Positions 22,523 through 32,552 of a stretch of 45,656 bases of DNA are shown piece after piece. Position 1 is the first letter of the stretch; the number at the start of each line of letters is the position of its first letter. The stretch is from Kofleriaceae bacterium (GTDB lineage Bacteria; Myxococcota_A; Polyangia; Haliangiales; Haliangiaceae). The position numbers and the translations under genes are program-made. The stretch is from the NCBI GenBank assembly GCA_046597055.1, contig JBKJLC010000184.1, forward strand, positions 1 to 45,656, read 5' to 3'. Under the pieces are notes generated by a model that worked only from the letters and a program-made list of their open reading frames with translations, ran no database searches and was not told the DNA's origin.

Positions 22523-23946
22523 TACCACGCGTAGACGACGGTGTAGGACACGGTCTTGCTCGCGCCGGCCGGCACCCGCACCGGGAGCTCGTAGCCGGCA
22601 CCGCCGGCGCGCGCGCCCTTGGCGTCCTCCGCCTCGATCTTCCAGTTCGTCCACCGGTACAGGTACTCGCGCACGATCACGTCGGCGGTCGCCTTGCCCT
22701 TGTTCTCGATCTTGACCTCGATGCGCTCGCGCATCGAGCGGCCGCCACCATCCTGACGACACTCGACCTGCTTGCGCTCGGCGATGAGGTCGGAGGCGAC
22801 GCCGACCCGGATCCGCAGCGCGCCGCTCGCGCCGTTGACGCGCAGGGTGTCCTCGCCGACCGCCAGCAGCTCGGCGCCCTGGCGCCGGAACACCCGCAGC
22901 CGCCCCTCGGGCAGGACCGGGCCGGGGCCATCGAGCTCGAGCATGTGCTCGGCGCGGGGGCCGCCGCCGGGCGTGTACGAGTAGCAGTCGTACGCGGGCG
23001 TGCCCTGGTACGAGGCGGACTGGTCGCCGATCGGCTCGAGGATGATCCGGCGCCGGGCCGCCACGCCGGCGCGGCGCGGCGCCAGCTCGACCTGCATCGC
23101 CTGCCCGCTCGGCAGATCGGTGGGCCGCTTGACCTTGAACTGCAGCGGCGACGCCACCGGGCCGCGGGTGGTCGCGCGTCCACCCGGCGGCAGGGTGGCG
23201 AGCCCGCCGGAGAACAGCGTGAGCTCGGCGGCGACCAGCGCGAGCCCGGTGTCGTTGCGCACCGTCGCCCACGCGGTGAAGTCGACCTCGTCGCGATCGC
23301 CGAGAACCGCGGTGTACTCGGGCTGCCAGCTGAGCCCGGCGGTGCGGTAGCTGACGTCGACGGTTTGCTTGCCGGGCTGCTTCGACACCAGCTTCCACTC
23401 GAGGGTCGGCTCCTGCTCGAACGAGGCCGGGCCCAGCTTGATGTCGAGCACGTGCTCGCCGCGTCGCACGATCTCGAGGCCCTTGCCACCCGTCTCCAGC
23501 ACGAGCGACTCGGCCGACACCGCGCGCAGGATGCCGACGACCTCGCCCTGGGTCAGCACCACCGTGACTGGCTTGCCGAGCTGCCGGACCAGGAGGGATT
23601 CGGCATCGAGCTGGTCGTTGACGAAGCGCTGCTCGACGATCGAGGTGCCGCCGGGGTCGGTCACGCTGCGCAGCTCGACGGTGGCCGGGTCGATGCCGGC
23701 GGCGACCCCGGGAAAGCGGACCGAGCCATCGGCGCCGACCTCGACGTCGCGGCGATGGGTGACGAACGCGCCGGCCGCGACGCCGCCGCTGGACGCGCCG
23801 TAGCCGAGGCCGCCGGTCGCGCCGCGCCAGATCGAGACCGAGGTCTTCTGGTCGCGGCCTGCCAGCGCGTGTCCGGCGAACCCCAGTGCGCCCGCCAGCG
23901 CCGCGGTCAGCGTGAACGCGACGCCCCGGGCCCACAGCTTCGTCAT
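22522..23946 (-). CDS. DUF4139-like secreted protein
   Basis: Signal peptide ending ALA; VAAGIDPATV, SYRTAGLSWQPEY, WATVRNDTG, LPEGRLRVF and terminal VSYTVVYAW. Confidence 0.8.
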   Translation of the reverse strand: MTKLWARGVAFTLTAALAGALGFAGHALAGRDQKTSVSIWRGATGGLGYGASSGGVAAGAFVTHRRDVEVGADGSVRFPGVAAGIDPATVELRSVTDPGGTSIVEQRFVNDQLDAESLLVRQLGKPVTVVLTQGEVVGILRAVSAESLVLETGGKGLEIVRRGEHVLDIKLGPASFEQEPTLEWKLVSKQPGKQTVDVSYRTAGLSWQPEYTAVLGDRDEVDFTAWATVRNDTGLALVAAELTLFSGGLATLPPGGRATTRGPVASPLQFKVKRPTDLPSGQAMQVELAPRRAGVAARRRIILEPIGDQSASYQGTPAYDCYSYTPGGGPRAEHMLELDGPGPVLPEGRLRVFRRQGAELLAVGEDTLRVNGASGALRIRVGVASDLIAERKQVECRQDGGGRSMRERIEVKIENKGKATADVIVREYLYRWTNWKIEAEDAKGARAGGAGYELPVRVPAGASKTVSYTVVYAW

Positions 23947-23984
23947 TGACGCGATGATAGCAGCCCCGGTTCACGCCGGACGTG

Positions 23985-24145
23985 AGGGCCCGCGAATGGA
24001 TAACTCGCTCGCCCTCGCGGCCGATCCATCCCGGCTGGCTTCGTTGCTCGTCGGTTACATACGGAGAGGATGCGCCCTCCTCGCGCCTCGCCATCCGGGC
24101 GCCTCGGCCGCGATCATCGAGCGACCTTATCCATTCGCGGGCCCT
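23985..24145. mobile_element. MITE-like element copy 2 (~161 bp)
   Basis: TIRs AGGGCCCGCGAATGGATAA...TTATCCATTCGCGGGCCCT; same orientation as copy 1. Confidence 0.8.
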
Positions 24146-24195
24146 AAGCGGGTCCCGTGCGCGCGCGCGGCCGCGGTCTCCTATATAGTGACGCG

Positions 24196-27100
24196 GTGGC
24201 GGTGACCCATCATGGGCCGTGGCGGGGCCTGACGCCGTACGGGCCCGACGACCGCGAGCTCTTCCGGGGGCGTGAGCGCGAGCGTGACGAGCTCGGCAAG
24301 ATGATCACGGCCGACGGCTTCCGCGCCGGGCTCCTCTACGGCGAGCCCGGGGTCGGCAAGACCTCGCTGCTCGCCGCCGGGCTGATCCCGCAGCTCCGCC
24401 AGCAAGGCATCGCCGTCGTCACCTGCGCCGACGTCCGCACGCCGGGCGAGTCGCTGGCGGCCGGGCTGACCGCGACCGGCGGCCGGCCCACGCCCGGGGA
24501 GGCGCCGTCGGCGTACCTGGCCCGCGTGGTCGGCAACGCAGCGCCGGGCCAGCTCTACCTGTTCATCCTCGACGACATCGAGCATGCGCTCGGCGACGGC
24601 GACGAGCGGGTGGTCCAGGAGCTCGGCGAGCTGTACGCGCGCGCGCTCGGTCGCTCGGGTGGCAAGGCCCGGTTCCTGTTCGCGTCGGCCAGCGATCAGG
24701 TCCACCTCATCGGTCACCTCGAGCGGCGCACCGGCTCGCTGTTCCCGCCCAACTGCCGGTTCGAGCTGGGGCGGATGGCGCCGCCCGACGCAGCCGCGGT
24801 GCTGGCCACGGCCCTGGCCGAAGGCGGGATCGCGGCCGAGCCCAGCCTGCCCGACGCGGTCGTCGCTGGCCTCGGCCGCGGCGGCGCGGTGTTGCCGGCC
24901 GACCTGCAGATCGCGCTGCTCGGGCTGCGCGAGCTGCGCGTGACCTCGGTGGCGGCGCTCGCCCGCGCCGGCGGTGGCGCCGAGCTCGAGCGCCACTGGC
25001 TCACCGGCGCGGCCCGCGCCACCGGCGACGAGCGCAAGGGCCTGCGCCTCCTGGCCGAGCTGGCCGGTCCTGACGCGCGCGCATCGGTCGCGATCGCCGA
25101 GCGGCTCTCGCTGGCTCCCGATCACGTCGAGCGCGTGCTCGCGATCTTCGCCGACCGCGGCGCGGTCGTGCGCGACCCGACGCTCGACCGAGACGGCTGG
25201 GCGCTGGCCCACCCGATCCTGGTCCCGCGCGTGCGCGAGCTGGCGGCGCCGGCGCGGGCCGCCGCCCGCCGCGCCCACGAGCTGCTCGGCGCCAAGGCGG
25301 CGACCAACGCCCGGCTGTCGCCCCGCGAGCTGTGGGAGGTGCGCCGCGAGGGCATCGCGGCCGAGAGCGACGCCGAGCGCGCGGTGCTGGCGCGCTCGCG
25401 CCGGTTCTACAAGGCGATCGCCATCGCCGCCGCCGCCGCGCCGGTCGCGCTGCTGGTGCTGCTGTGGTTCCTGCAGCGCGGGCACTTCTACCTCGACGTC
25501 GCGCCGCGCACCGGCGGCGACCGCGTGGTCGTCCGCGCCGGTCGCCCCTCCCTGTCGGGGTTCGACTGGATGCCGAGCTCGCCCGGGTTCGGTGACGTGG
25601 TGGTCGACACCGGCCTGTCGCGCGCGATGATCGACCCGAAGGCGTGGTCGGCGGTCCGCGACCAGGACGTCGGCGGCGATCTCGCCGGCTGGGATCGCGT
25701 GCTGCCCACCGTGCTCGAGCCGCGGCTGGCCGCGCTGTGGAGCTACGCCGCGACCGGCGACAAGGCCGCGCTGGCCGCGCTCCAGCAGCGGGCCCAGACC
25801 CCCGACGATCAGGCCGAGCTCCTGGTCGCGCTGCGCCCGATCGCGCGCGGTACCGACGCCGAGGTCCAGCTGATCGAGAGCGCGCTGGCCAGCGCGGCCC
25901 CGCCCGCGGTGCAGCACGCCGCGGTCGCGGTCGCCGGCGCTGCCGCCCAGCGCAACCCCGAGGCCTACCGCGACACGCTCCTGCGCGCGCTGACCGCGCC
26001 CGATCCCGAGCTGCGCCGCATCGCCTTCACCGCCGTGCGCCAGCTGGGCGCGGCGCGAGCCCAGCCGCTGTACGCCGAGGCGCTCGCGCGTGATCCCGAG
26101 GCGGCCATCCGACGCGAGCTGCTGGTCGTGGTCGCCGGGGGCGTCGCCGACACCGGTCCCCCCACCGCCGCCGCCGCGGTGCCTGCGCTCGCCGATCCCG
26201 ACGCCAGCCCGGCGCTGCGCGAGCGGGCCCGCGGCCAGCTGCGCCGCGCCTTCGTCGCCGATCCCAAGACCGCCGCGGCCGCCGCGGCCCGCTTGCTCAC
26301 CGACGACAAGGCGCCCACCGACTCGCGGGTGTTCGCGATCAAGCTGCTGCTCGAGGAGGGCGGCATCGGCCCCAGCGGGGAGCCCAGCCTGGTCGCCCCG
26401 GTCCGGGTCGCCACCGGCTCCAAGACCGACGCGGTGCGGGCGGCGGCGCTGCCGTTGTTTGCGCGGGTATCGCCTTCGGGCGCTGCCCCCGACCTCGTCC
26501 AGATCTCCGACGAGCGGCTCAGCAAGCCGATGCGGGTCGCGGTCGCGCTGGCCTGGGGCGAGCTGGCCCGGGCCCGGGTCGACGCCGCCGGCCCCGCGCT
26601 CGAGCAGCTGATCAAGGACGAGGCGTTCGAGGTGCGCGCCGCCGCCGCCGAGGCCTACGGCTACCTGGGCCGGGCTGCCCAGGAGCAGCTGATGAAGATG
26701 GTGAAGCTCGAGCGCCTCGAGGTCGCGGCCGGCGCCGCGCGCGGCCTGGCCCGCACCGCCGAGGTCGGCGCCAACACCGACGTCGCGGTCGGCGGCATCG
26801 CCCAGCTCTGGAAGAAGAAGGGCCGGGCCCGGCGCGAGGCCGTGATGGTCTTCGCCGCGATGGCGCGCAAGAAGCCTGGCGCGGTGATGAACTTCCTGAT
26901 CAACGCGGCCCGCTCGACCGAGGACGACGGGCTGCACCCGATCGGCGCCGAGGGCCTGTGCAACGCGGCCAACCAGGGCAACCCGGAGGCGCGCCGCCAG
27001 CTGCTCAAGGTCGCCGAGGACGAGTCGATCGTGGTGCGCCGCCTGGTGATCGCGTGCGCGGCCGACGCGCCCGATCCCGGCAAGAACGGCGTCGCGGTCG

Positions 27101-28116
27101 CCACCCGGCTGATCAAGGACACCGACGGCCAGATCCGCAGCGAGGCGGCGCGGGTGCTGGCGCTGGCCGCTGGCAAGGGTGGCAAGCTGTCGAGCGGCGT
27201 GGGCGACGCGCTGATCTCGCTGCTCGACGATCCCGATCGCGACGTGCGCCTGACCGCGATCCGCGCGATCGGCGGCATGGGGGCCGACGCGCCCAAGGCC
27301 GCGCCGGCCGCGCTGAGCCGCGCCTTCGAGCGCGCCGACGAGGGCGAGCGCCTCCTGCTGCTGGCCACCGGCCGGGCGGTCGGTGCCACTGACCTGATCG
27401 CGCTCGCGGTCGCCGATCCGTCGCCGCTGGTGCGGGTCGAGGCGGTCGACAGCGCGCTCGCGAGCGGGCTGCGCGCGGCGCCGACGGTGTCGGCCGCCCT
27501 CGCCGACTCCGACCCGCAGGTCCGGCGCGCGGTCCTCGAGCGGCTCGGCGCCGACAAGGACAAGCTCGAGCCAGCCGCGCTCGAGCGTGCCCTCGCCCTC
27601 GCGATCCGCGATCCCGATCCCGAGCTCCGCCAGCTGGCGCTGACCACGCTGGCCCGGGTCGCGCCCAAGGAGGCCGTCGCCAGCCGGCTCGGCCACGCGC
27701 TCGCCGCGCGCGCCGAGCGCGAGCGGGCCCAGGCCGCCGCCGCCGCGATCGGCCTGGTCGATCGCGACGCGACCCTCGCCGTGACCCTGCTCAGCCCGCT
27801 GCTCGCCGATCCGTCGCACGACGTGCGGGTCGCGATGCTGGCCTCGCTCGGGTCGGCCTACGCCAAGGTCAACGCGCCCGAGCAGCTCGCCAACATGATG
27901 ACCGGCGCCGAGCATGACGCGATGAAGCGCCTCGCCGTCACCGCCGCCTTCGTCATGCTGGCGCGCACCGACGGCGGCCGCGAGGCCGCGACCCGCGCGC
28001 TCACCAAGATCGCCGAGCGTGGTCCCACCATGGCGCGGCGCACCGCGCGCCTCGCGCTCGGGTTGATCGAGAGCAAGGCGGACGGCATCGCCTTTCTCGA
28101 GCAGCTGGTTCCGTAG
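24196..28116 (+). CDS. nSTAND1-like P-loop NTPase with TM helix and HEAT/PBS-lyase repeats
   Basis: PWRGLTPY...LFRGRERE, Walker A GEPGVGKTSLLAAGLIPQL, Walker B FILDDIE; TM AIAIAAAAAPVALLVLLWFL; repeated LxDxDxxVRxxA HEAT motifs; probable GTG start 24196. Confidence 0.82.
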   Translation: MAVTHHGPWRGLTPYGPDDRELFRGRERERDELGKMITADGFRAGLLYGEPGVGKTSLLAAGLIPQLRQQGIAVVTCADVRTPGESLAAGLTATGGRPTPGEAPSAYLARVVGNAAPGQLYLFILDDIEHALGDGDERVVQELGELYARALGRSGGKARFLFASASDQVHLIGHLERRTGSLFPPNCRFELGRMAPPDAAAVLATALAEGGIAAEPSLPDAVVAGLGRGGAVLPADLQIALLGLRELRVTSVAALARAGGGAELERHWLTGAARATGDERKGLRLLAELAGPDARASVAIAERLSLAPDHVERVLAIFADRGAVVRDPTLDRDGWALAHPILVPRVRELAAPARAAARRAHELLGAKAATNARLSPRELWEVRREGIAAESDAERAVLARSRRFYKAIAIAAAAAPVALLVLLWFLQRGHFYLDVAPRTGGDRVVVRAGRPSLSGFDWMPSSPGFGDVVVDTGLSRAMIDPKAWSAVRDQDVGGDLAGWDRVLPTVLEPRLAALWSYAATGDKAALAALQQRAQTPDDQAELLVALRPIARGTDAEVQLIESALASAAPPAVQHAAVAVAGAAAQRNPEAYRDTLLRALTAPDPELRRIAFTAVRQLGAARAQPLYAEALARDPEAAIRRELLVVVAGGVADTGPPTAAAAVPALADPDASPALRERARGQLRRAFVADPKTAAAAAARLLTDDKAPTDSRVFAIKLLLEEGGIGPSGEPSLVAPVRVATGSKTDAVRAAALPLFARVSPSGAAPDLVQISDERLSKPMRVAVALAWGELARARVDAAGPALEQLIKDEAFEVRAAAAEAYGYLGRAAQEQLMKMVKLERLEVAAGAARGLARTAEVGANTDVAVGGIAQLWKKKGRARREAVMVFAAMARKKPGAVMNFLINAARSTEDDGLHPIGAEGLCNAANQGNPEARRQLLKVAEDESIVVRRLVIACAADAPDPGKNGVAVATRLIKDTDGQIRSEAARVLALAAGKGGKLSSGVGDALISLLDDPDRDVRLTAIRAIGGMGADAPKAAPAALSRAFERADEGERLLLLATGRAVGATDLIALAVADPSPLVRVEAVDSALASGLRAAPTVSAALADSDPQVRRAVLERLGADKDKLEPAALERALALAIRDPDPELRQLALTTLARVAPKEAVASRLGHALAARAERERAQAAAAAIGLVDRDATLAVTLLSPLLADPSHDVRVAMLASLGSAYAKVNAPEQLANMMTGAEHDAMKRLAVTAAFVMLARTDGGREAATRALTKIAERGPTMARRTARLALGLIESKADGIAFLEQLVP

Positions 28117-28325
28117 CCGCGGCCGGGGGGCGCTGCGGTCGGAGACCGCTGCGGCGGGCCCGTGCGTGGCGGACGCGCGGCCGGCGGCCCGGCGGGCGCG
28201 CGGTCCCGCGGCTCAGATCAGAGGGTGTGAAGCATTCGCTTCCCACCCACTCTTTCGATCGGTCGGCCGCGGCCCGGAGGCCGCGCCCGATCTGCACAGA
28301 CCCAGAGCGCCTCGCGACGCTCGGC

Positions 28326-28685
28326 TCAGGCCTGCGAACCGGCGGTCACGACGACGCTGGTCGTGATGCCGCCGCGGACCCAGAACTTGCCGGTCACGGT
28401 GATCCGGCGCGGCGCGATCGCGGCGAGCAGGTCGTCGCAGATCTTGTTGGTCACGGACTCGTGGAACGCGCCCTCGTCACGGTAGCTCCACAGGTACAGC
28501 TTGAGCGACTTGAGCTCGACGCACAGCCGATCCGGCACGTACTCGATCACGATCGTCGCGAAGTCAGGCTGTCCGGTAACCGGACACAAGCACGTGAACT
28601 CGGGGCAGTCGAAGTGGATGACGTAGTCGCGCTCGGTCTTCGGGTTGGGAAAGACATCGAGGGCCCGGCTCGGCCGCGTGGTCAT
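28326..28685 (-). CDS. queF: NADPH-dependent preQ0 reductase (preQ1 synthase), type I
   Basis: [16 protein letters not shown], QueF motif [17 protein letters not shown] and RGGI. Confidence 0.96.
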   Translation of the reverse strand: MTTRPSRALDVFPNPKTERDYVIHFDCPEFTCLCPVTGQPDFATIVIEYVPDRLCVELKSLKLYLWSYRDEGAFHESVTNKICDDLLAAIAPRRITVTGKFWVRGGITTSVVVTAGSQA

Positions 28686-28783
28686 CGTGATCGCTTACCA
28701 CGGCGGGAGCCCGGGGCGTCCCGGTCGAGTGCGCTCACGATGCCGCAGGTGTCCTGCCGGGGAGCCGACGCGGACGCGCGCGC

Positions 28784-28822
28784 CAAAAAAAACACGGGCC
28801 CGTTTCCGGACCCGTGCTGCTC
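28784..28822 (-). terminator. Rho-independent terminator
   Basis: Minus strand reads CACGGGTCCG-GAAA-CGGGCCCGTG followed by a run of T. Confidence 0.8.
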
Positions 28823-29080
28823 TATCAACTTCGCGGACCCGAGAGTCCGCGCAGTGGGATGGGAGGCCTAGGGCTGCCCTTCCTCAGAGCGACGTTCGTA
28901 TGTTGGCATGTTCTTGTTGTCCTCCCCTGGCAATTGCCAGAGCCCAGCGGACGGCCCGCACAGATCAGCGGCTCCCGCGGCCAGGCCTTCGTAGTGGGCA
29001 CTCCGGCCCGTCTCGAAGCCCACCAACGCGGCACCACCATGGCGCTTCGCGGTGATCTCGGCGATCAGGATCATGTCGCA
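28784..29080 (-). ncRNA. Candidate structured small RNA or leader (unidentified)
   Basis: Bounded by a TACGAT -10 (29086-29091) and a strong terminator; several hairpins; no convincing protein ORF. Confidence 0.35.
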
Positions 29081-29183
29081 ATTAAATCGTAGGGCATGTC
29101 TGCCCGACGCGCCACAACGGATCTTTGACCGCGCAGATCGACCGGGCCGGTTCGCGCGCAGAGGCGCAGAAACCTTCCGGGAT

Positions 29184-29597
29184 TCAGAACGTAAAAATCT
29201 GGTCGGGCTTCGGCATCACCGGCGGCTTCGGCGCCGGCTGCTCGGCCTTCTTGATGATCGGCGGCGGCGGATCGATCGCGTAACGAGCGGCCACCGACGT
29301 GAGCGGCGCGGGCGAAGCGACCGCGCGCGGCGACGGCGGCATCGGCCGCACCGGCGGCGGCGCGCCGAACGACGCGCGCGGCGGGCTCGCCGGCGGACGC
29401 GCCAGCGCGGGAGCGCTCGGGCGCGCGGTGACCGGCGTCGCAACGACCATCGGGCTTCCGTCCGTGCTGAGGAAGTCGCCGACCCGGGTCTCGACGAACT
29501 GGCTCATCGAGACTCCGTTGGTCTCGCAGAACGACTTCAGGCGCTCGTACGTCGTCCGGCTCACACTGATGCTCCGCCGAGTCTGCTTCTTCGCCAT
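29184..29597 (-). CDS. Ribbon-helix-helix (CopG/Arc-like) DNA-binding protein with Pro-rich tail
   Basis: RRSISVSRTTYERLKSFCETNGVSMSQFVE fits the RHH strand-helix-G-x-S-x-S-helix pattern; AAGGA upstream of ATG. Confidence 0.75.
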   Translation of the reverse strand: MAKKQTRRSISVSRTTYERLKSFCETNGVSMSQFVETRVGDFLSTDGSPMVVATPVTARPSAPALARPPASPPRASFGAPPPVRPMPPSPRAVASPAPLTSVAARYAIDPPPPIIKKAEQPAPKPPVMPKPDQIFTF

Positions 29598-30025
29598 GAT
29601 GTTTCCTTACGCTACCAGTAGGGTAGGGTCAAGCCGGACCTACTAGGCCTGGTACCCGCGGACTGGCTAGACGTAGCACGGGCGTCTGACAGCCCGACTG
29701 CGCGTCACGTCGGTTGCGCGACACCTGCACGCGCCGCTGACCACGCCGCGTGCCCTGCGGTTGCCCTGACGCGGCGGCGGATGCGGGCGAAACCTGCGAC
29801 CGACCGCGAACATCTCAGTCGAGATGTCGGGCCGTCGCGCCCGACGTGGCAGACGTGACCACGCCCATCCCAACCGCCCCTCACGTCGAGCACGCGCGCC
29901 CGCGCGGCGACGAGCAGCGCGTGCCGATGACGCCGGCCCGCCGCAACCCGCGATGGGAGGCGCTGCGAAGCAGCGTGCTACCATCCCGAGACACTCGCTA
30001 CCGACGTCAGGGGAGTACCAGAACC

Positions 30026-31423
<1,398 letters not shown>

Positions 31424-31441
31424 CCGGCCCGACCCGCGCGG

Positions 31442-31906
31442 CTATCGCCGCAGCGGATGCACCATGCGGATCGCGTGCTGACCGCCGGCGTAGGTCCCGA
31501 AGTCGCCCGCGACCGGACGAAAGCCGCGCGACCGATAGAGTCGCTGACCGATCGGGTTGTCGTCGGCAACGCACAGGCGCAGCTCCATCAGCCCAGCCGG
31601 AATCGTGGCCGTCGCGATCGCGACCGCGTGCTCGACCAGCGCGCGTCCGATCCCGAGCCGCTGCCACGCCGGCTCGACCGCGAGCGCGAGCACGTCGGCG
31701 ATCGAGCTGCGCGTGACCTCATCGTGGAAGAAGCCGATCATCGAAAACCCGCGGCGAACGCCGGTGTCCTCGTCGACCCACGCGGTGACGTTGGGCTGCT
31801 CCAGCCACGCTGGCAGCACCATGCGGTAGTCACCGAGGTCGGAGAAGGCGCGACCGCCCACCTCCACCAGCCACGGCTCGTCGTGCGCGCTCGCGCGTCG
31901 GATCAC
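31442..31906 (-). CDS. GNAT N-acetyltransferase (RimI-like)
   Basis: LAVEPAWQRLGIGRAL acetyl-CoA motif and LCVADDNPIGQRLYRSRGF. Confidence 0.88.
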   Translation of the reverse strand: MIRRASAHDEPWLVEVGGRAFSDLGDYRMVLPAWLEQPNVTAWVDEDTGVRRGFSMIGFFHDEVTRSSIADVLALAVEPAWQRLGIGRALVEHAVAIATATIPAGLMELRLCVADDNPIGQRLYRSRGFRPVAGDFGTYAGGQHAIRMVHPLRR

Positions 31907-31962
31907 TCGACGTCCCGAGATCGACGCCGCCGACCGAGGTCAGCGCGCGTCGGCAGGGCGCG

Positions 31963-32307
31963 TCAGCCGACCTGGCTGGCGCTGTCGGGAACCACGCGCT
32001 TCGCGGGCAGCGGGGCGGCCCGCTCCTGCTTCAGCACGGCCGTCGTCATCGACGACGTCGCGTTGGCAGTCGCATCGCCGCTGCGCGCGGCGAGCTCGCG
32101 CAGCGTGTAGCGACCCGGTGAGGCACGGACGAAGCGCGAGCCATCGCCCTGACGCTTGATGTCCATGGAGAGGTCGCGTGCGACCACGGTGTCGGGCGTC
32201 TTCGACTTGCTTGGCAGTCGAACGCCGGCGCGCTGCACGATCTCGCGCACGGACAGGGGTGACGCCGTTTCGCGCAGGATCTCCTCAACCACGGCTAGCG
32301 TGCTCAT
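31963..32307 (-). CDS. HARE-HTH (HB1/ASXL/RNAP-delta-like) winged-helix protein
   Basis: EEILRETASPLSVREI...SKTPDTVVARDLSMDIKRQG..SRFVRASPGRYTL; GGGAGG RBS before ATG 32307. Confidence 0.8.
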   Translation of the reverse strand: MSTLAVVEEILRETASPLSVREIVQRAGVRLPSKSKTPDTVVARDLSMDIKRQGDGSRFVRASPGRYTLRELAARSGDATANATSSMTTAVLKQERAAPLPAKRVVPDSASQVG

Positions 32308-32552
32308 CTTCAAGCCTCCCCCGGGAAACATCGGCGTGCGCAGCCCCGCGCCACGAACCACCGATCGACCTCATCCTTCTCCAAGTCCCCACCGCGAACC
32401 AGTCTTGACATCAAGAATCTTTCGCGCCGCAGCGACGAAGGTGTCGTGAGCGCCGCCTGGTTGCATTTTTCCAGCGGAGTCGCACGTGATGGCCCAAGGT
32501 GGGGCGACCGGAATCGGTTGCCGCCGGCGTTGCGCACGTGGGAGGAGAGAGC

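Noticed and set aside
22350..22601. N-terminal extension of ORF 21030-22601, and ORF 22433-24094 with the similar 'REEGA.SPYVTDEQRSQP' peptide
   Set aside because: These peptides are read-through translations of the two MITE-like copies.
28326..28685. queF as part of a 7-deazaguanine DNA-modification (Dpd) defence island
   Set aside because: No dpdA/tgt-like, queC, queD or queE genes nearby; an ordinary queuosine pathway gene is the simpler reading.
28686..29091. Canonical preQ1 riboswitch, 6S RNA, tmRNA, SRP RNA or hammerhead ribozyme upstream of queF
   Set aside because: Diagnostic motifs not found; CTGAGGA is present but lacks the GAAA and stem arrangement of a hammerhead. Kept only as an unidentified RNA candidate.
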